This document shows, in pieces, positions 1 to 8,945 of a stretch of 64,000 nt of DNA; position 1 is the stretch's first letter; the number at the start of each line of letters is the position of its first letter. The stretch covers positions 3,299-67,298 of the forward strand of contig CAKPKR010000006.1 in assembly GCA_934167465.1 (NCBI GenBank). Direction: 5' to 3'. The notes beneath the pieces were generated by a model, which saw nothing but the letters and a program-made list of their open reading frames with translations, had not been told where the DNA came from and searched no databases. The stretch is from an uncultured Bacilli bacterium. GTDB taxonomy: Bacteria; Bacillota_I; Bacilli_A; RF39; UBA660. The translations under genes were made by a program, and so were the position numbers.

Positions 1-266
1 TAATTCTAATCATTTTTAACTATTAAACATAAGAAAGAAAGAAATAAAAATTTCTTTATTTACAACAGCTTATGAGTAATTTTCTATAAGTCGGTATATA
101 CCAGTTTATATTAGCTTTATTTTCATTTATTTGGATTAACTCCTTTACTTATTATATTTCATATAATATCTAGATTCAGTTTCTTCTATAACATTAAATT
201 CTAATTTCTTATATAGAGATATAGCTTTTTTCATTTTCTTTAAACACCAACAAATATACTATAGCA

Positions 267-797
267 TTATTTTATTTCTAAAATCTTTCTTTTGTTTAGG
301 GATAATATTTCAAAACTTTTTTCATTATATAATTCATTCGCTAATTCTATTGATTCTTTTAACAATTCTTCTAAACTGTTTATTGGATTTTTATTATAGT
401 CTTCTTTATATAACCAATCCAGATATTTTATTTTTGTAGCTTCATTAGGTCTTCCATATATTACTTTACCAGAATGTAACCAATATCCAAATTCTACATT
501 TGTAGTAAAACCAGGCATATTCGGTAAACTCCTAGGTATCCAAAACATAATAACTGTTGCTTCTGTTAATGCCTCTCTTTCCCACATTGCTTGATCAACA
601 TAATCTGTTTTTGGTTTCCAAGTTGAATATTCAGGAACATAAACTACACCATCAAATCCTAACTCATTTAATTTTTCACAAACAATAGTTCTCCAAGATT
701 TTACATTTTCATTTCTTGGAGTTGGACCCGCTATGAATATAGATTTTTTATTTTTTATAACTTTTTGATCCGAATAATTAATTATCATTAATATCAC
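267..797 (-). CDS. nucleoside 2-deoxyribosyltransferase-like protein
   Basis: 176-aa ORF. KSIFIAGPTPR strand, then QAMWEREAL..VIMFWIP and TNVEFGYW motifs fit the deoxyribosyltransferase-like fold as I recall it. Not searched. Confidence 0.55.
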   Translation of the reverse strand: MILMIINYSDQKVIKNKKSIFIAGPTPRNENVKSWRTIVCEKLNELGFDGVVYVPEYSTWKPKTDYVDQAMWEREALTEATVIMFWIPRSLPNMPGFTTNVEFGYWLHSGKVIYGRPNEATKIKYLDWLYKEDYNKNPINSLEELLKESIELANELYNEKSFEILSLNKRKILEIK

Positions 798-1023
798 ATT
801 CCTTTCTTAATAGTATTTAATTAAATACTGTTTAATCCATTAATTTATCAAAGTCTGAAACATAGCTTTTATATTGTAAAATTTTATACTAATTAAATTC
901 GTTTTATAATGCTCACTTTTTTAATCTATTTAAGTATAACATAAAAAAGACAGATTTCAAATCTATCTAATTATTGATTAATTAAATTTACTTATTTAAT
1001 AGACTGATCAATCTACCATATAA

Positions 1024-1368
1024 TCACTTTTTAATTAATTGAATTGATCTACCATTATTATCTGAAATAAAAAAACTTTCCCTATTCAAATCACCAAAAA
1101 ATACATCAAGTTTTTCTTTACAATATCCTAAAGATTCAAGTAGCTTACAATAATCTTCTTCTGTTTCATATCTATATGCAACATGATCAAAATTTTCCTT
1201 ATTAGAAGATTCAAATAGTTCTAATGAATGATTATTTAATCTTAATGTCGCCCATTTATAGTTACCATCTTTAAATCTTTCAACTAAACTATATCCGAAA
1301 TTTGTATAGAAAAGAATTGATTCTTCTAAATCAGTAACTGTAATTGCAATATGATCTAAATCTAACAT
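1024..1368 (-). CDS. VOC/glyoxalase family protein
   Basis: LDHIAITVTDLEESILFYT..GY motif. Start moved to internal ATG at 1368, which has an AGGAGGT RBS 7 nt upstream. A hairpin terminator lies about 945-975 downstream. Confidence 0.7.
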   Translation of the reverse strand: MLDLDHIAITVTDLEESILFYTNFGYSLVERFKDGNYKWATLRLNNHSLELFESSNKENFDHVAYRYETEEDYCKLLESLGYCKEKLDVFFGDLNRESFFISDNNGRSIQLIKK

Positions 1369-1417
1369 AAAATACCTCCTACAAATATTATAATCTTTCA
1401 AGTAGGAAGTAATCTTG

Positions 1418-1990
1418 CTAGATAATTATTTTTTCTATTCTTTTTAAATTTAAATGTCTTATATCATTTAAATCTTCTGAATAACGTACTATAATCATTA
1501 CAGTATTTTCATATATATATATTTGAATTGGTAATACATCCCTAGTTTTTTTCAAACCTTTACTATTATATTCAATTGTTATTGATGCATTATTGTTAAT
1601 TGCATTTTGAATTATGCTTATTTTTCCTTTTTCTTCATTACTTATATTTTTGGTTTCATCAACTAATCTGCAATAATTACTTATTTTATATTTTATTTCT
1701 TCTAAGTCTCTTTTATCATTATCTGATAATTTATCTATTAACAAATTAACTTTATCTATATCATTCTTATTAAATAAAATTGAGGGGATTTCTACTTTTG
1801 ATTGTAGCCTATACCCTCCATTTTGTCCCATAATATTTTCTAGATATATTCCTTCTTTTTCAAGTTCTTCTTTATATTGTCTCACAGTTCTAGGCGTAAC
1901 TTCTAACATTTCAGCTAACTTTTTACAATTATAAATTTTTCCTGAAGATAAGATATCCAACATTTTAATATTTTTTGAAATCTTTGACAT
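1418..1990 (-). CDS. HTH-WYL domain transcriptional regulator
   Basis: N-terminal HTH (LAEMLEVTPRTVRQYKEELEKEGI) and C-terminal WYL-like segment (VMIIVRYSEDLNDIRHLNLKRIEKI). Clear paralogue of 31369..31965. Confidence 0.7.
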   Translation of the reverse strand: MSKISKNIKMLDILSSGKIYNCKKLAEMLEVTPRTVRQYKEELEKEGIYLENIMGQNGGYRLQSKVEIPSILFNKNDIDKVNLLIDKLSDNDKRDLEEIKYKISNYCRLVDETKNISNEEKGKISIIQNAINNNASITIEYNSKGLKKTRDVLPIQIYIYENTVMIIVRYSEDLNDIRHLNLKRIEKIII

Positions 1991-2094
1991 GAATTTCTCC
2001 TCTTTTAGTTAAACCTAATTTTATTGTTCCAAAAAAATATTATCATATAGAAATATCTTTGTAAATATATTTAAAAACATCTCAATGAGATGTT

Positions 2095-2853
2095 TTAAGC
2101 AATTTTTACAATATTTAAATATGCACTGGTATCTGAAGCAGGTGATATTGTTGCAGCATCTGTTGCTTCTATTGTTAATCCGATTTCATCACCAGCATTA
2201 AATGCATTTATTGTACTACCAACAAAATCAGTGTCAACATTGGCCGTAACATTCTTACTTATTGCTGTACTACCAATAGGTGTTTCTTTTTGTTTAACAT
2301 GTATAGTAACATCAGTATTTGTGCTAGCACTTCCAGAGAAGTAATAATCCACTTTATAAGTACCATCAGTAGGAATTGTTAGTTTATTTTGAGTATTTAA
2401 TGTTATTCCATTCGAAGGTCCATTACTTCCAAGTGGTATATCTTGGGCTATATTTGCTTCTAAAGTTATATTATTTTCAGTAGTATCATATTTACGACCA
2501 TATGTATTAGTTGGAGAAGCAGCCGCTGGTCCCGTTGGTCCTTGTGGTCCTGCTGGTCCTGCTAACCCTTGTACTCCTTGTTGACCTTGTGGTCCTGCTG
2601 GACCTGTTGGTCCTTGTGGTCCTTGAGGTCCTGTTGGTCCCGCTGGAATTCTAAAATTTAAAATTGTATTTTGATTAGTTCCTGAATTTGTTACAGAAGC
2701 ATTTGTTCCAGGCGCACCTGTTGTAGTAGTTCCAACTGTAATTGTAGCTGGTCCTTGTGGTCCTGTTGGTCCAATTACAACTAATTTCTCTTTGCATTTT
2801 TTTCCTTCAGCTAAAATTTTTTCAATTTTTCGAGAATATTTTTCATTATTCAT
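2095..2853 (-). CDS. collagen-like triple-helix repeat protein with BclA-like C-terminal globular domain
   Basis: GXY repeats ([38 protein letters not shown]) form a locally G+C-rich block. They are followed by a beta-rich C-terminal domain of about 135 aa. GGAGG RBS present. Confidence 0.8.
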   Translation of the reverse strand: MNNEKYSRKIEKILAEGKKCKEKLVVIGPTGPQGPATITVGTTTTGAPGTNASVTNSGTNQNTILNFRIPAGPTGPQGPQGPTGPAGPQGQQGVQGLAGPAGPQGPTGPAAASPTNTYGRKYDTTENNITLEANIAQDIPLGSNGPSNGITLNTQNKLTIPTDGTYKVDYYFSGSASTNTDVTIHVKQKETPIGSTAISKNVTANVDTDFVGSTINAFNAGDEIGLTIEATDAATISPASDTSAYLNIVKIA

Positions 2854-2937
2854 TTTATATTCCTCCTTTACTATATTTTATGAATAATAAAAAAAATGAA
2901 TATTATATAAATCACAAAAAAAAGAGATTATTTATCT

Positions 2938-4362
2938 CTAATATGCTTTAGCAAAATTAACGATGTGTTTTGCTTCTTCACCACAACATATACATTTTTC
3001 ATTAATTGGTTCCTTATCACTAATACATCTACTTGTAGCTGTAGTATCTTCTTTTATCTTTAGTTCGCATTCTGTTTTACCACACCAAGGTGCTTGAATA
3101 AAGCCACCAACTGATTCTAATTTTTCTTTGAACTCATCATAAGTTGAAACTTTAGTCATATGTTCACTTAGAAAAGAACAAGCTTTTTCATACATTTCAT
3201 TATGAATTATATTTAATAAACCTATTATAGTTTCAGATAACTTAGTATCTAAATTAAGTTCAACTTTATTTCCGTCATTTCTTTTAGCAATAACACATTT
3301 ATTATTTTCAATATCCTTAGGACCTATTTCAATTCTAATTGGAATACCTCTCATTTCAGCTTCAGCAAATTTATAACCCGGAGATTTATCTGTATCATCA
3401 ATATCTACTCTTAATCCTTTTTTTGTTAATTCTTCTTTGATTTCAATTGCTTTTTCCATTACGCCATCAACATTTTGTTTGATAGGAATTATTCTTACTT
3501 GAATAGGTGCTACCTTAGGTGGTAACACTAGTCCATTGTCATCACCATGAACCATAATGACTGCTCCTATTAATCTAGTAGAAACTCCCCAACTTGTTTG
3601 ATAAACATATTGCCATTTATTGTCTTTATCCAAGAATTTCATATCAAATGCTTTAGCAAATCCTTGACCAAAATAATGAGAAGTTCCAGATTGTAAAGCT
3701 TTTCCATCATGCATCAATGCTTCAATTGTATAAGTTGCTTCAGCACCAGCAAATTTTTCTTTTTCTGTTTTTAATCCAGTTACCATTGGAATTGCTAATA
3801 AATCAGCAGAAGTTTTTTTATAAATATTTAGCATTTGTATTGTTTCTTCTATGGCTTCTTCTTTAGTTGCATGAACTGTGTGACCTTCTTGCCATAAAAA
3901 TTCAGAGCCTCTTAAGAAAGGTCTTGTAGTTTTTTCCCATCTAACTACACTACACCATTGATTATATTTTTTAGGTAAATCACGATAAGAATTTACTATT
4001 TTAGCATAATGCTCACAAAATAATGTTTCACTTGTAGGTCTTACTACACATTTTTCATCTAATTCTTCTAGTCCCCCTTGGGTTACAACTGCACATTCAG
4101 GAGCAAATCCTTCAACATGATCTTTTTCTTTTTGTAATAAATTTTCTGGTATTAACATTGGCATATAAACATTTTGATGTCCTGTTTTTTTGAATTCATT
4201 ATCCATATATTTTTGGATATTTTCCCATATTGCATATCCATATGGACGATATATTATAAATCCTTTTAAACTTGAATAGTCCATTAATTCTGCTTTTTTA
4301 CATACATCTGTATACCATTTAGCAAAGTCATCTTTCATACTAGTAATTGCTTCGTTCTTCAT
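2938..4362 (-). CDS. proS: proline--tRNA ligase (archaeal/eukaryal-like short type)
   Basis: 474 aa. FAKWYTDV..., class II motifs and a C-terminal Zn-binding-like CxxC segment. Strong family resemblance. Confidence 0.93.
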   Translation of the reverse strand: MKNEAITSMKDDFAKWYTDVCKKAELMDYSSLKGFIIYRPYGYAIWENIQKYMDNEFKKTGHQNVYMPMLIPENLLQKEKDHVEGFAPECAVVTQGGLEELDEKCVVRPTSETLFCEHYAKIVNSYRDLPKKYNQWCSVVRWEKTTRPFLRGSEFLWQEGHTVHATKEEAIEETIQMLNIYKKTSADLLAIPMVTGLKTEKEKFAGAEATYTIEALMHDGKALQSGTSHYFGQGFAKAFDMKFLDKDNKWQYVYQTSWGVSTRLIGAVIMVHGDDNGLVLPPKVAPIQVRIIPIKQNVDGVMEKAIEIKEELTKKGLRVDIDDTDKSPGYKFAEAEMRGIPIRIEIGPKDIENNKCVIAKRNDGNKVELNLDTKLSETIIGLLNIIHNEMYEKACSFLSEHMTKVSTYDEFKEKLESVGGFIQAPWCGKTECELKIKEDTTATSRCISDKEPINEKCICCGEEAKHIVNFAKAY

Positions 4363-4418
4363 TTTTTCACTCTTTTCTAAATCATTGTAATTATATCAAA
4401 AATATATAGGTCTAACAA

Positions 4419-5177
4419 TTATATTGTTTTTTCTTTTTCCATAGTTATATGGTCAATTAAAAATCCCTTAGTTGGTTTATCTGATATCATTTCATAGCAC
4501 AAATTCATACATTCATCATTATCAGTTATTCCTTTATAATCAATATATTTTTGTCTATTAAATATTAATGTCAATGTTGATTCAATTCTCTCTATTATAT
4601 CATCATAATTGATATCATTGAAAAGATATATTGTAAGTAAATTTAACATATAGCAATCAATTCCATCAAAAGTATCTTTAACATCATAATATTTTTTCAT
4701 TGTTGAACTTATTTGATCAAAATTGTAATTTTCTATTTTAACATTAACAGAATCACATAAATATGCTTTATTTCCATCGGTAATAATGTTTTTTACATTT
4801 AAATCTGCATATATACAATTTTGATTTCTTAAATTAATTATTTCTTCTTTTAAATTCAATAACAAATTATGCTTTTCTTCATCGGTCATTATATCTTTCA
4901 TTACACAAATGGGATAAAATTTTTTCATGTATTTCATTGAAAATCCTATAACATCATTATCTACTTTAACTAACTTGTCAGGTTTAATTAAAACACCTGT
5001 TTTTAGTTTATTTATCAATTTGATTTTATTTATATCAACTTGATCAGAATCATAATATTTTTTTATTAAAATTTCTCTATTGTCAGAAATATAAGTATAT
5101 ATTTCAGATTCATAACCTTCAGTTAATAAGTTTTTGTTTTTATCAAATTCACTTTTATTTAATTCTAAATATTCCAT
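4419..5177 (-). CDS. protein kinase-like fold protein (atypical catalytic motifs)
   Basis: GYESEIYTY..ILIKKYY (Gly-loop/VAIK-like) and IYADLNVKNIITDGNKAYLCDS (HRDLxxxN / DFG-like region with substitutions). Confidence 0.45.
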   Translation of the reverse strand: MEYLELNKSEFDKNKNLLTEGYESEIYTYISDNREILIKKYYDSDQVDINKIKLINKLKTGVLIKPDKLVKVDNDVIGFSMKYMKKFYPICVMKDIMTDEEKHNLLLNLKEEIINLRNQNCIYADLNVKNIITDGNKAYLCDSVNVKIENYNFDQISSTMKKYYDVKDTFDGIDCYMLNLLTIYLFNDINYDDIIERIESTLTLIFNRQKYIDYKGITDNDECMNLCYEMISDKPTKGFLIDHITMEKEKTI

Positions 5178-5250
5178 ATAACCACCTAAATAACATTATA
5201 ATATAATAAAAGAAAAAAGACAATTAATGTTTTAAAACTTTTGCCTTTAA

Positions 5251-6669
5251 TTAAACTATTTCACCATACATATTCCAAGTTTTGATATCTGTTATTTTGA
5301 CATCAACAATTTTTCCTATATTATCTTTTGAACCTTTAATATTTACTAATTTCATTGTATCAGTATATCCAAATAACATATTTTCATCTTTTTCACTTAT
5401 TCCTTCTACTAATACAGGTACTATTTTTTCTAAATATTTATCATTTGCTTCCTTAGAGTATTTATTTATTAATTCATTTAAAACTTGTAATCTTTTTTCT
5501 TTTATATCTAAAGAAACATTATCGTTCATTTTAGCTGCTGGAGTTCCTACTCTAGGCGAAAAAATGAATGTAAATGCAGAATCAAATTTACAAGTATTAA
5601 CTACTCCTAAAGTATCATTAAAATCTTCATCTGTCTCATTTGGAAATCCAACTATAATATCAGTTGTTATTGAAGAATAAGGTAAAGCCTTTTTAATTTT
5701 ATTAAATAATGTTATATATTCTTCTTTGGTATATCTTCTTCCCATTAATTTTAAAATATTGTTTGAACCTGATTGAAGTGGTAAATGAATATAAGGCATT
5801 ATATTTTTATATTTACTTATTATTTCAATCATTTTATCTGTAAAATCCCAAGGATGACTAGTAACGAATCTAATTCTTTCTATTCCTGTTTTAGCGACAT
5901 CTTCTAACAAATTTTCCATTCCATAATCAATATCTAAGTCTTTTCCATAAGCATTGACATTTTGACCTAATAAAGTTACTTCTTTATAACCATCCTTTAT
6001 TAAATCTTCTACTTCTTTTATGATATATTCTGGAAGTCTACTTCTTTGTTTTCCTCTAGTATAGGGAACTATACAATATGTACAGAATTTATCGCAACCA
6101 TACATTATATTAATCCAAGCTTTATATTTAGAATCTCTTTTAACTGGAATATTTTCAATTACATCACCTTCAATACTAAATACTTCTATTTCTTGTTCTT
6201 TTTTTATAATTGAGTCATTTAATATTTGTGGTAATTTATGAATATTATGAGTTCCAAATACAATGTCTAACCATTTATATTTAGTTTTGATTTCATTTAC
6301 AACTACTTCTTCTTGAGCCATACATCCACATATACCTGCTATTACGTGTGGTTTTTCTTCTTTTAAGTGTTTAATTCTTCCTAGATAACCAAATACTTTA
6401 TTATGGGCATTTTCTCTTATAGCGCATGTATTTAATAAAATTAAATCGGCATCTTCCATTACATCCGTTTCTATATATGACATATCTTCTAAGATAGCTT
6501 TTATATTTTCTGAGTCATGTTCATTCATTTGACATCCATATGTTCTTAAAAAATATTTTTTATTTTTACCTATTTCTTTTAAATTGTTGTTCATTATATA
6601 ATCATTGGTTTTAACTAAAACTTCCTTGCTTGTTCTTAATTTTGCCTCTTTTAAATTTGGTAAATTCAT
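5251..6669 (-). CDS. miaB: tRNA-2-methylthio-N6-dimethylallyladenosine synthase
   Basis: YFLRTYGCQMNEHDSE, radical-SAM motif CDKFCTYCIVPYTRG, C-terminal TRAM domain. Confidence 0.95.
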   Translation of the reverse strand: MNLPNLKEAKLRTSKEVLVKTNDYIMNNNLKEIGKNKKYFLRTYGCQMNEHDSENIKAILEDMSYIETDVMEDADLILLNTCAIRENAHNKVFGYLGRIKHLKEEKPHVIAGICGCMAQEEVVVNEIKTKYKWLDIVFGTHNIHKLPQILNDSIIKKEQEIEVFSIEGDVIENIPVKRDSKYKAWINIMYGCDKFCTYCIVPYTRGKQRSRLPEYIIKEVEDLIKDGYKEVTLLGQNVNAYGKDLDIDYGMENLLEDVAKTGIERIRFVTSHPWDFTDKMIEIISKYKNIMPYIHLPLQSGSNNILKLMGRRYTKEEYITLFNKIKKALPYSSITTDIIVGFPNETDEDFNDTLGVVNTCKFDSAFTFIFSPRVGTPAAKMNDNVSLDIKEKRLQVLNELINKYSKEANDKYLEKIVPVLVEGISEKDENMLFGYTDTMKLVNIKGSKDNIGKIVDVKITDIKTWNMYGEIV

Positions 6670-6716
6670 AAAATCACTTCCTTAAAGATAATATCATATA
6701 TAATTAGTTTAATCAA

Positions 6717-6959
6717 TTATTTTTTCTTTATTTCTAATGTATAACCTAACACATCAAATATTTTCAATATTGTTTTTAATTTAGGTGAGTTAACATTATT
6801 TTCAATTCTAGCAAGAGCTGGTTGTTTCATATTTATTAATGACGCCAAATCATTTTGTGAAAGATTTTTTTTATTCCTTAATTCACTTATTTTTTCTATT
6901 ATTTCATATTCTCTATCAATTAATTCTTGTTCTTTTTTTATGTATTCTTCTTTATTCAT
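6717..6959 (-). CDS. XRE-family HTH protein (putative antitoxin)
   Basis: 80 aa. LSQNDLASLINMKQPALARIENNVNSP is an HTH_3 motif. Overlaps the upstream ORF by 8 nt. Confidence 0.75.
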   Translation of the reverse strand: MNKEEYIKKEQELIDREYEIIEKISELRNKKNLSQNDLASLINMKQPALARIENNVNSPKLKTILKIFDVLGYTLEIKKK

Positions 6960-7422
6960 ATTTTTCTCCTATTCTTCCATTTAATAGATTATTTTTAAAT
7001 TCACTTACAAATTTAAGTTCAATTTTTCCAACTAAAAAATCAATATTTTCTCTTTTTATATTATAAATATTATCAGTTTTAACAATACTGTCTTTATTCA
7101 AATTATTCATATTTCCTTTTTTTAATAATACATTACTTTCATATTTTAATTTATCAGATTTTGATGAAATTAACATACAAAAGTAATCTATATCTATTCC
7201 TCTATTTTCTTCGTCAACTATAACAAATAAATGTTTATTTACATTTTTATTTTTGTATTTACTAACATATACAATATCCCCAATTTTATATGTTCCATAT
7301 ACATTTAATTTTTCACCAATATAAAATCCAACTTCGTCTGGTTCTAAACTATCATATACACCATTATAAATTAATAAGTCGTCATTTTTAATAACTTCAC
7401 CAATAAATTTTGACATAACCAT
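6952..7422 (-). CDS. PemK/MazF-like fold protein (putative toxin) with N-terminal extension
   Basis: The pattern GDIVYV..KHLFVIV..CMLISSK..KDSIVKTDNIYNI..VGKI follows the PemK/MazF consensus layout. Assignment from memory. Confidence 0.5.
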   Translation of the reverse strand: MVMSKFIGEVIKNDDLLIYNGVYDSLEPDEVGFYIGEKLNVYGTYKIGDIVYVSKYKNKNVNKHLFVIVDEENRGIDIDYFCMLISSKSDKLKYESNVLLKKGNMNNLNKDSIVKTDNIYNIKRENIDFLVGKIELKFVSEFKNNLLNGRIGEKYE

Positions 7423-7437
7423 CGTCTCATAGTAGTG

Positions 7438-7453
7438 ATAACATATATGTTAT
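7438..7453. promoter_or_regulatory. perfect 16-bp palindrome ATAACATATATGTTAT, candidate operator of the MazF-like/XRE operon
   Basis: Read directly. Lies 16 nt upstream of the 7422 start codon. Confidence 0.4.
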
Positions 7454-7516
7454 AGAAAAGCCAATTTATTTTAAATATAAAAACAACTATATTTCAAGTT
7501 GCTCTAAAATTCTTAT

Positions 7517-7592
7517 TGGTGTCCCGTTAGGGGCTCGAACCCTAGACCCACAGATTAAGAGTCTGTTGCTCTACCAACTGAGCTAACGAGAC
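7517..7592 (-). tRNA. tRNA-Lys (anticodon CUU)
   Basis: Cloverleaf readable: acceptor GTCTCGT/ACGGGAC, anticodon arm ACAGA-CTCTTAA-TCTGT, T-arm GGGTTCGAGCCC, encoded CCA. Confidence 0.9.
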
Positions 7593-7639
7593 AAAACAAC
7601 AATATCATTATAACATATTTTTCAAAAAAATACATTTTT

Positions 7640-8914
7640 TTAGGAATTTTTTTTGATATTTTGTTTAAATTTTCTATTTCTGTAAAATGGGACTAGTTTT
7701 TTAAATAAAAAATATATCAATTTATTGGTAATTAAATCGAACTCACCAACAAATTCAACATAATCACCACCAAATTTTTTCTTAAACTCATGTAGTCCTA
7801 ATAAAGGATCATTTTCTTCTAATTTACCAACGGTTCCAAATTGGTCATATATTTTTATTCCTTTATCGTAATAATATTTAATATGCTCAAAATATGTCTT
7901 ATAATTGGCATATGTATAAGATAAAATATCGTGATTTCCAGCATATAGTACCCAAGCCTTGTTTCCATATTCAACAATAAAATGGGCACTCAATATTATA
8001 TTATTTCCATATTGTTCTTTTTCTTCTTGATATTTAATATTATCATTCAATAGTTTTTCTTTTCTTTTTTCTAATTCATTTAATTTAGTTTTCATACTCT
8101 TACTTAAATTATCAAGATTTTTTATTTCCTTCATTTCATTTTCTATCTCTAAAATAATATCTTTATTTTTAGAAATAATCTTATTAATATCAACGCTACC
8201 TAAAAAAATATTACATTTGTTTTTCTTACTAAATATATTATATAAATCTTGATAATATTTTTTATTATGAGTTACAAAACCTTTTCTGTTTTCAGTTATA
8301 TTCATCAAATTATAAAATGCCTCTATATCATCTGATAAAGTAACCGATACATCTAAATCATTAGCTTTTTTTATTCGTTGTTTAGTTGTTTTAGAAAAAT
8401 GTTCTTCAATTTGTTCGAATGGTTGATTGAAATCAATTCTAAAAGAAAATCTTGGTTGTGTTGTTTCAAATCTTTTAGTAAAACCTAAATGTTTATAACC
8501 TAATTTTTTTAAATTTTCATATGCATTAGTTTTTACTTCTAATTCTTCATCTTTATAATTATATTTTTTTATAATTACATCAGGATCAATTTTAATAAAT
8601 ATGCCTCTATGTTTTTTTACATATTTTTTTAATTCATTTGTGAATGTTTTTAATAAATTAAAGTCTTCAAAATTTATTACATATCCTCTTGGTGCATAAA
8701 AGTAGGAATAACCAAATACTAATTTTTTTTCTAATAGTAGTGTCGCACATACTAATTTTTCATTTTCTTTTAAGCCTACATAATGAGGAATTAATCCTTT
8801 ATCAATTGAAGAAAATTCCCCCCACATTGATGATTGTAGAAAATGAGATTTATATTCATTTTTTTCTACAAATTCTTCATATTCAGTTAATTCTATATTA
8901 TCAATAAATTTCAT
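7640..8914 (-). CDS. FemAB-family peptidoglycan interpeptide-bridge aminoacyltransferase
   Basis: 424 aa. N-terminus ...HFLQSSMWGEF and the central coiled-coil insert are typical of FemA/FemB/MurM. Confidence 0.85.
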   Translation of the reverse strand: MKFIDNIELTEYEEFVEKNEYKSHFLQSSMWGEFSSIDKGLIPHYVGLKENEKLVCATLLLEKKLVFGYSYFYAPRGYVINFEDFNLLKTFTNELKKYVKKHRGIFIKIDPDVIIKKYNYKDEELEVKTNAYENLKKLGYKHLGFTKRFETTQPRFSFRIDFNQPFEQIEEHFSKTTKQRIKKANDLDVSVTLSDDIEAFYNLMNITENRKGFVTHNKKYYQDLYNIFSKKNKCNIFLGSVDINKIISKNKDIILEIENEMKEIKNLDNLSKSMKTKLNELEKRKEKLLNDNIKYQEEKEQYGNNIILSAHFIVEYGNKAWVLYAGNHDILSYTYANYKTYFEHIKYYYDKGIKIYDQFGTVGKLEENDPLLGLHEFKKKFGGDYVEFVGEFDLITNKLIYFLFKKLVPFYRNRKFKQNIKKNS

Positions 8915-8945
8915 ATTATCACCTATTAAAAAGAATAAGTAAAAC

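Noticed and set aside
145-234. 29-codon ORF MKKAISLYKKLEFNVIEETESRYYMKYNK, which resembles the C-terminal end of a GNAT acetyltransferase
   Set aside because: Only the last beta-strands of the fold are present, with no upstream coding continuation in frame. It is probably a gene remnant, too short to annotate as a feature.
2757-2951. Plus-strand 64-aa ORF overlapping the collagen-like gene start and the proS end
   Set aside because: Low-complexity Phe/Leu/Ile-rich translation, antisense to well-supported genes, with no RBS.
5282-5680. Plus-strand ORFs antisense to miaB; similar ones lie at 8689..8907, 9127..9408, 9856..10059, 15432..15671, 17089..17286, 19415..19636, 22980..23165, 24016..24399, 24776..25237, 25488..26053, 30175..30429
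   Set aside because: All lie inside conserved minus-strand genes and translate to Ser/Phe/Leu/Ile-rich low-complexity strings. Such frames are expected to stay open opposite AT-rich coding sequence.
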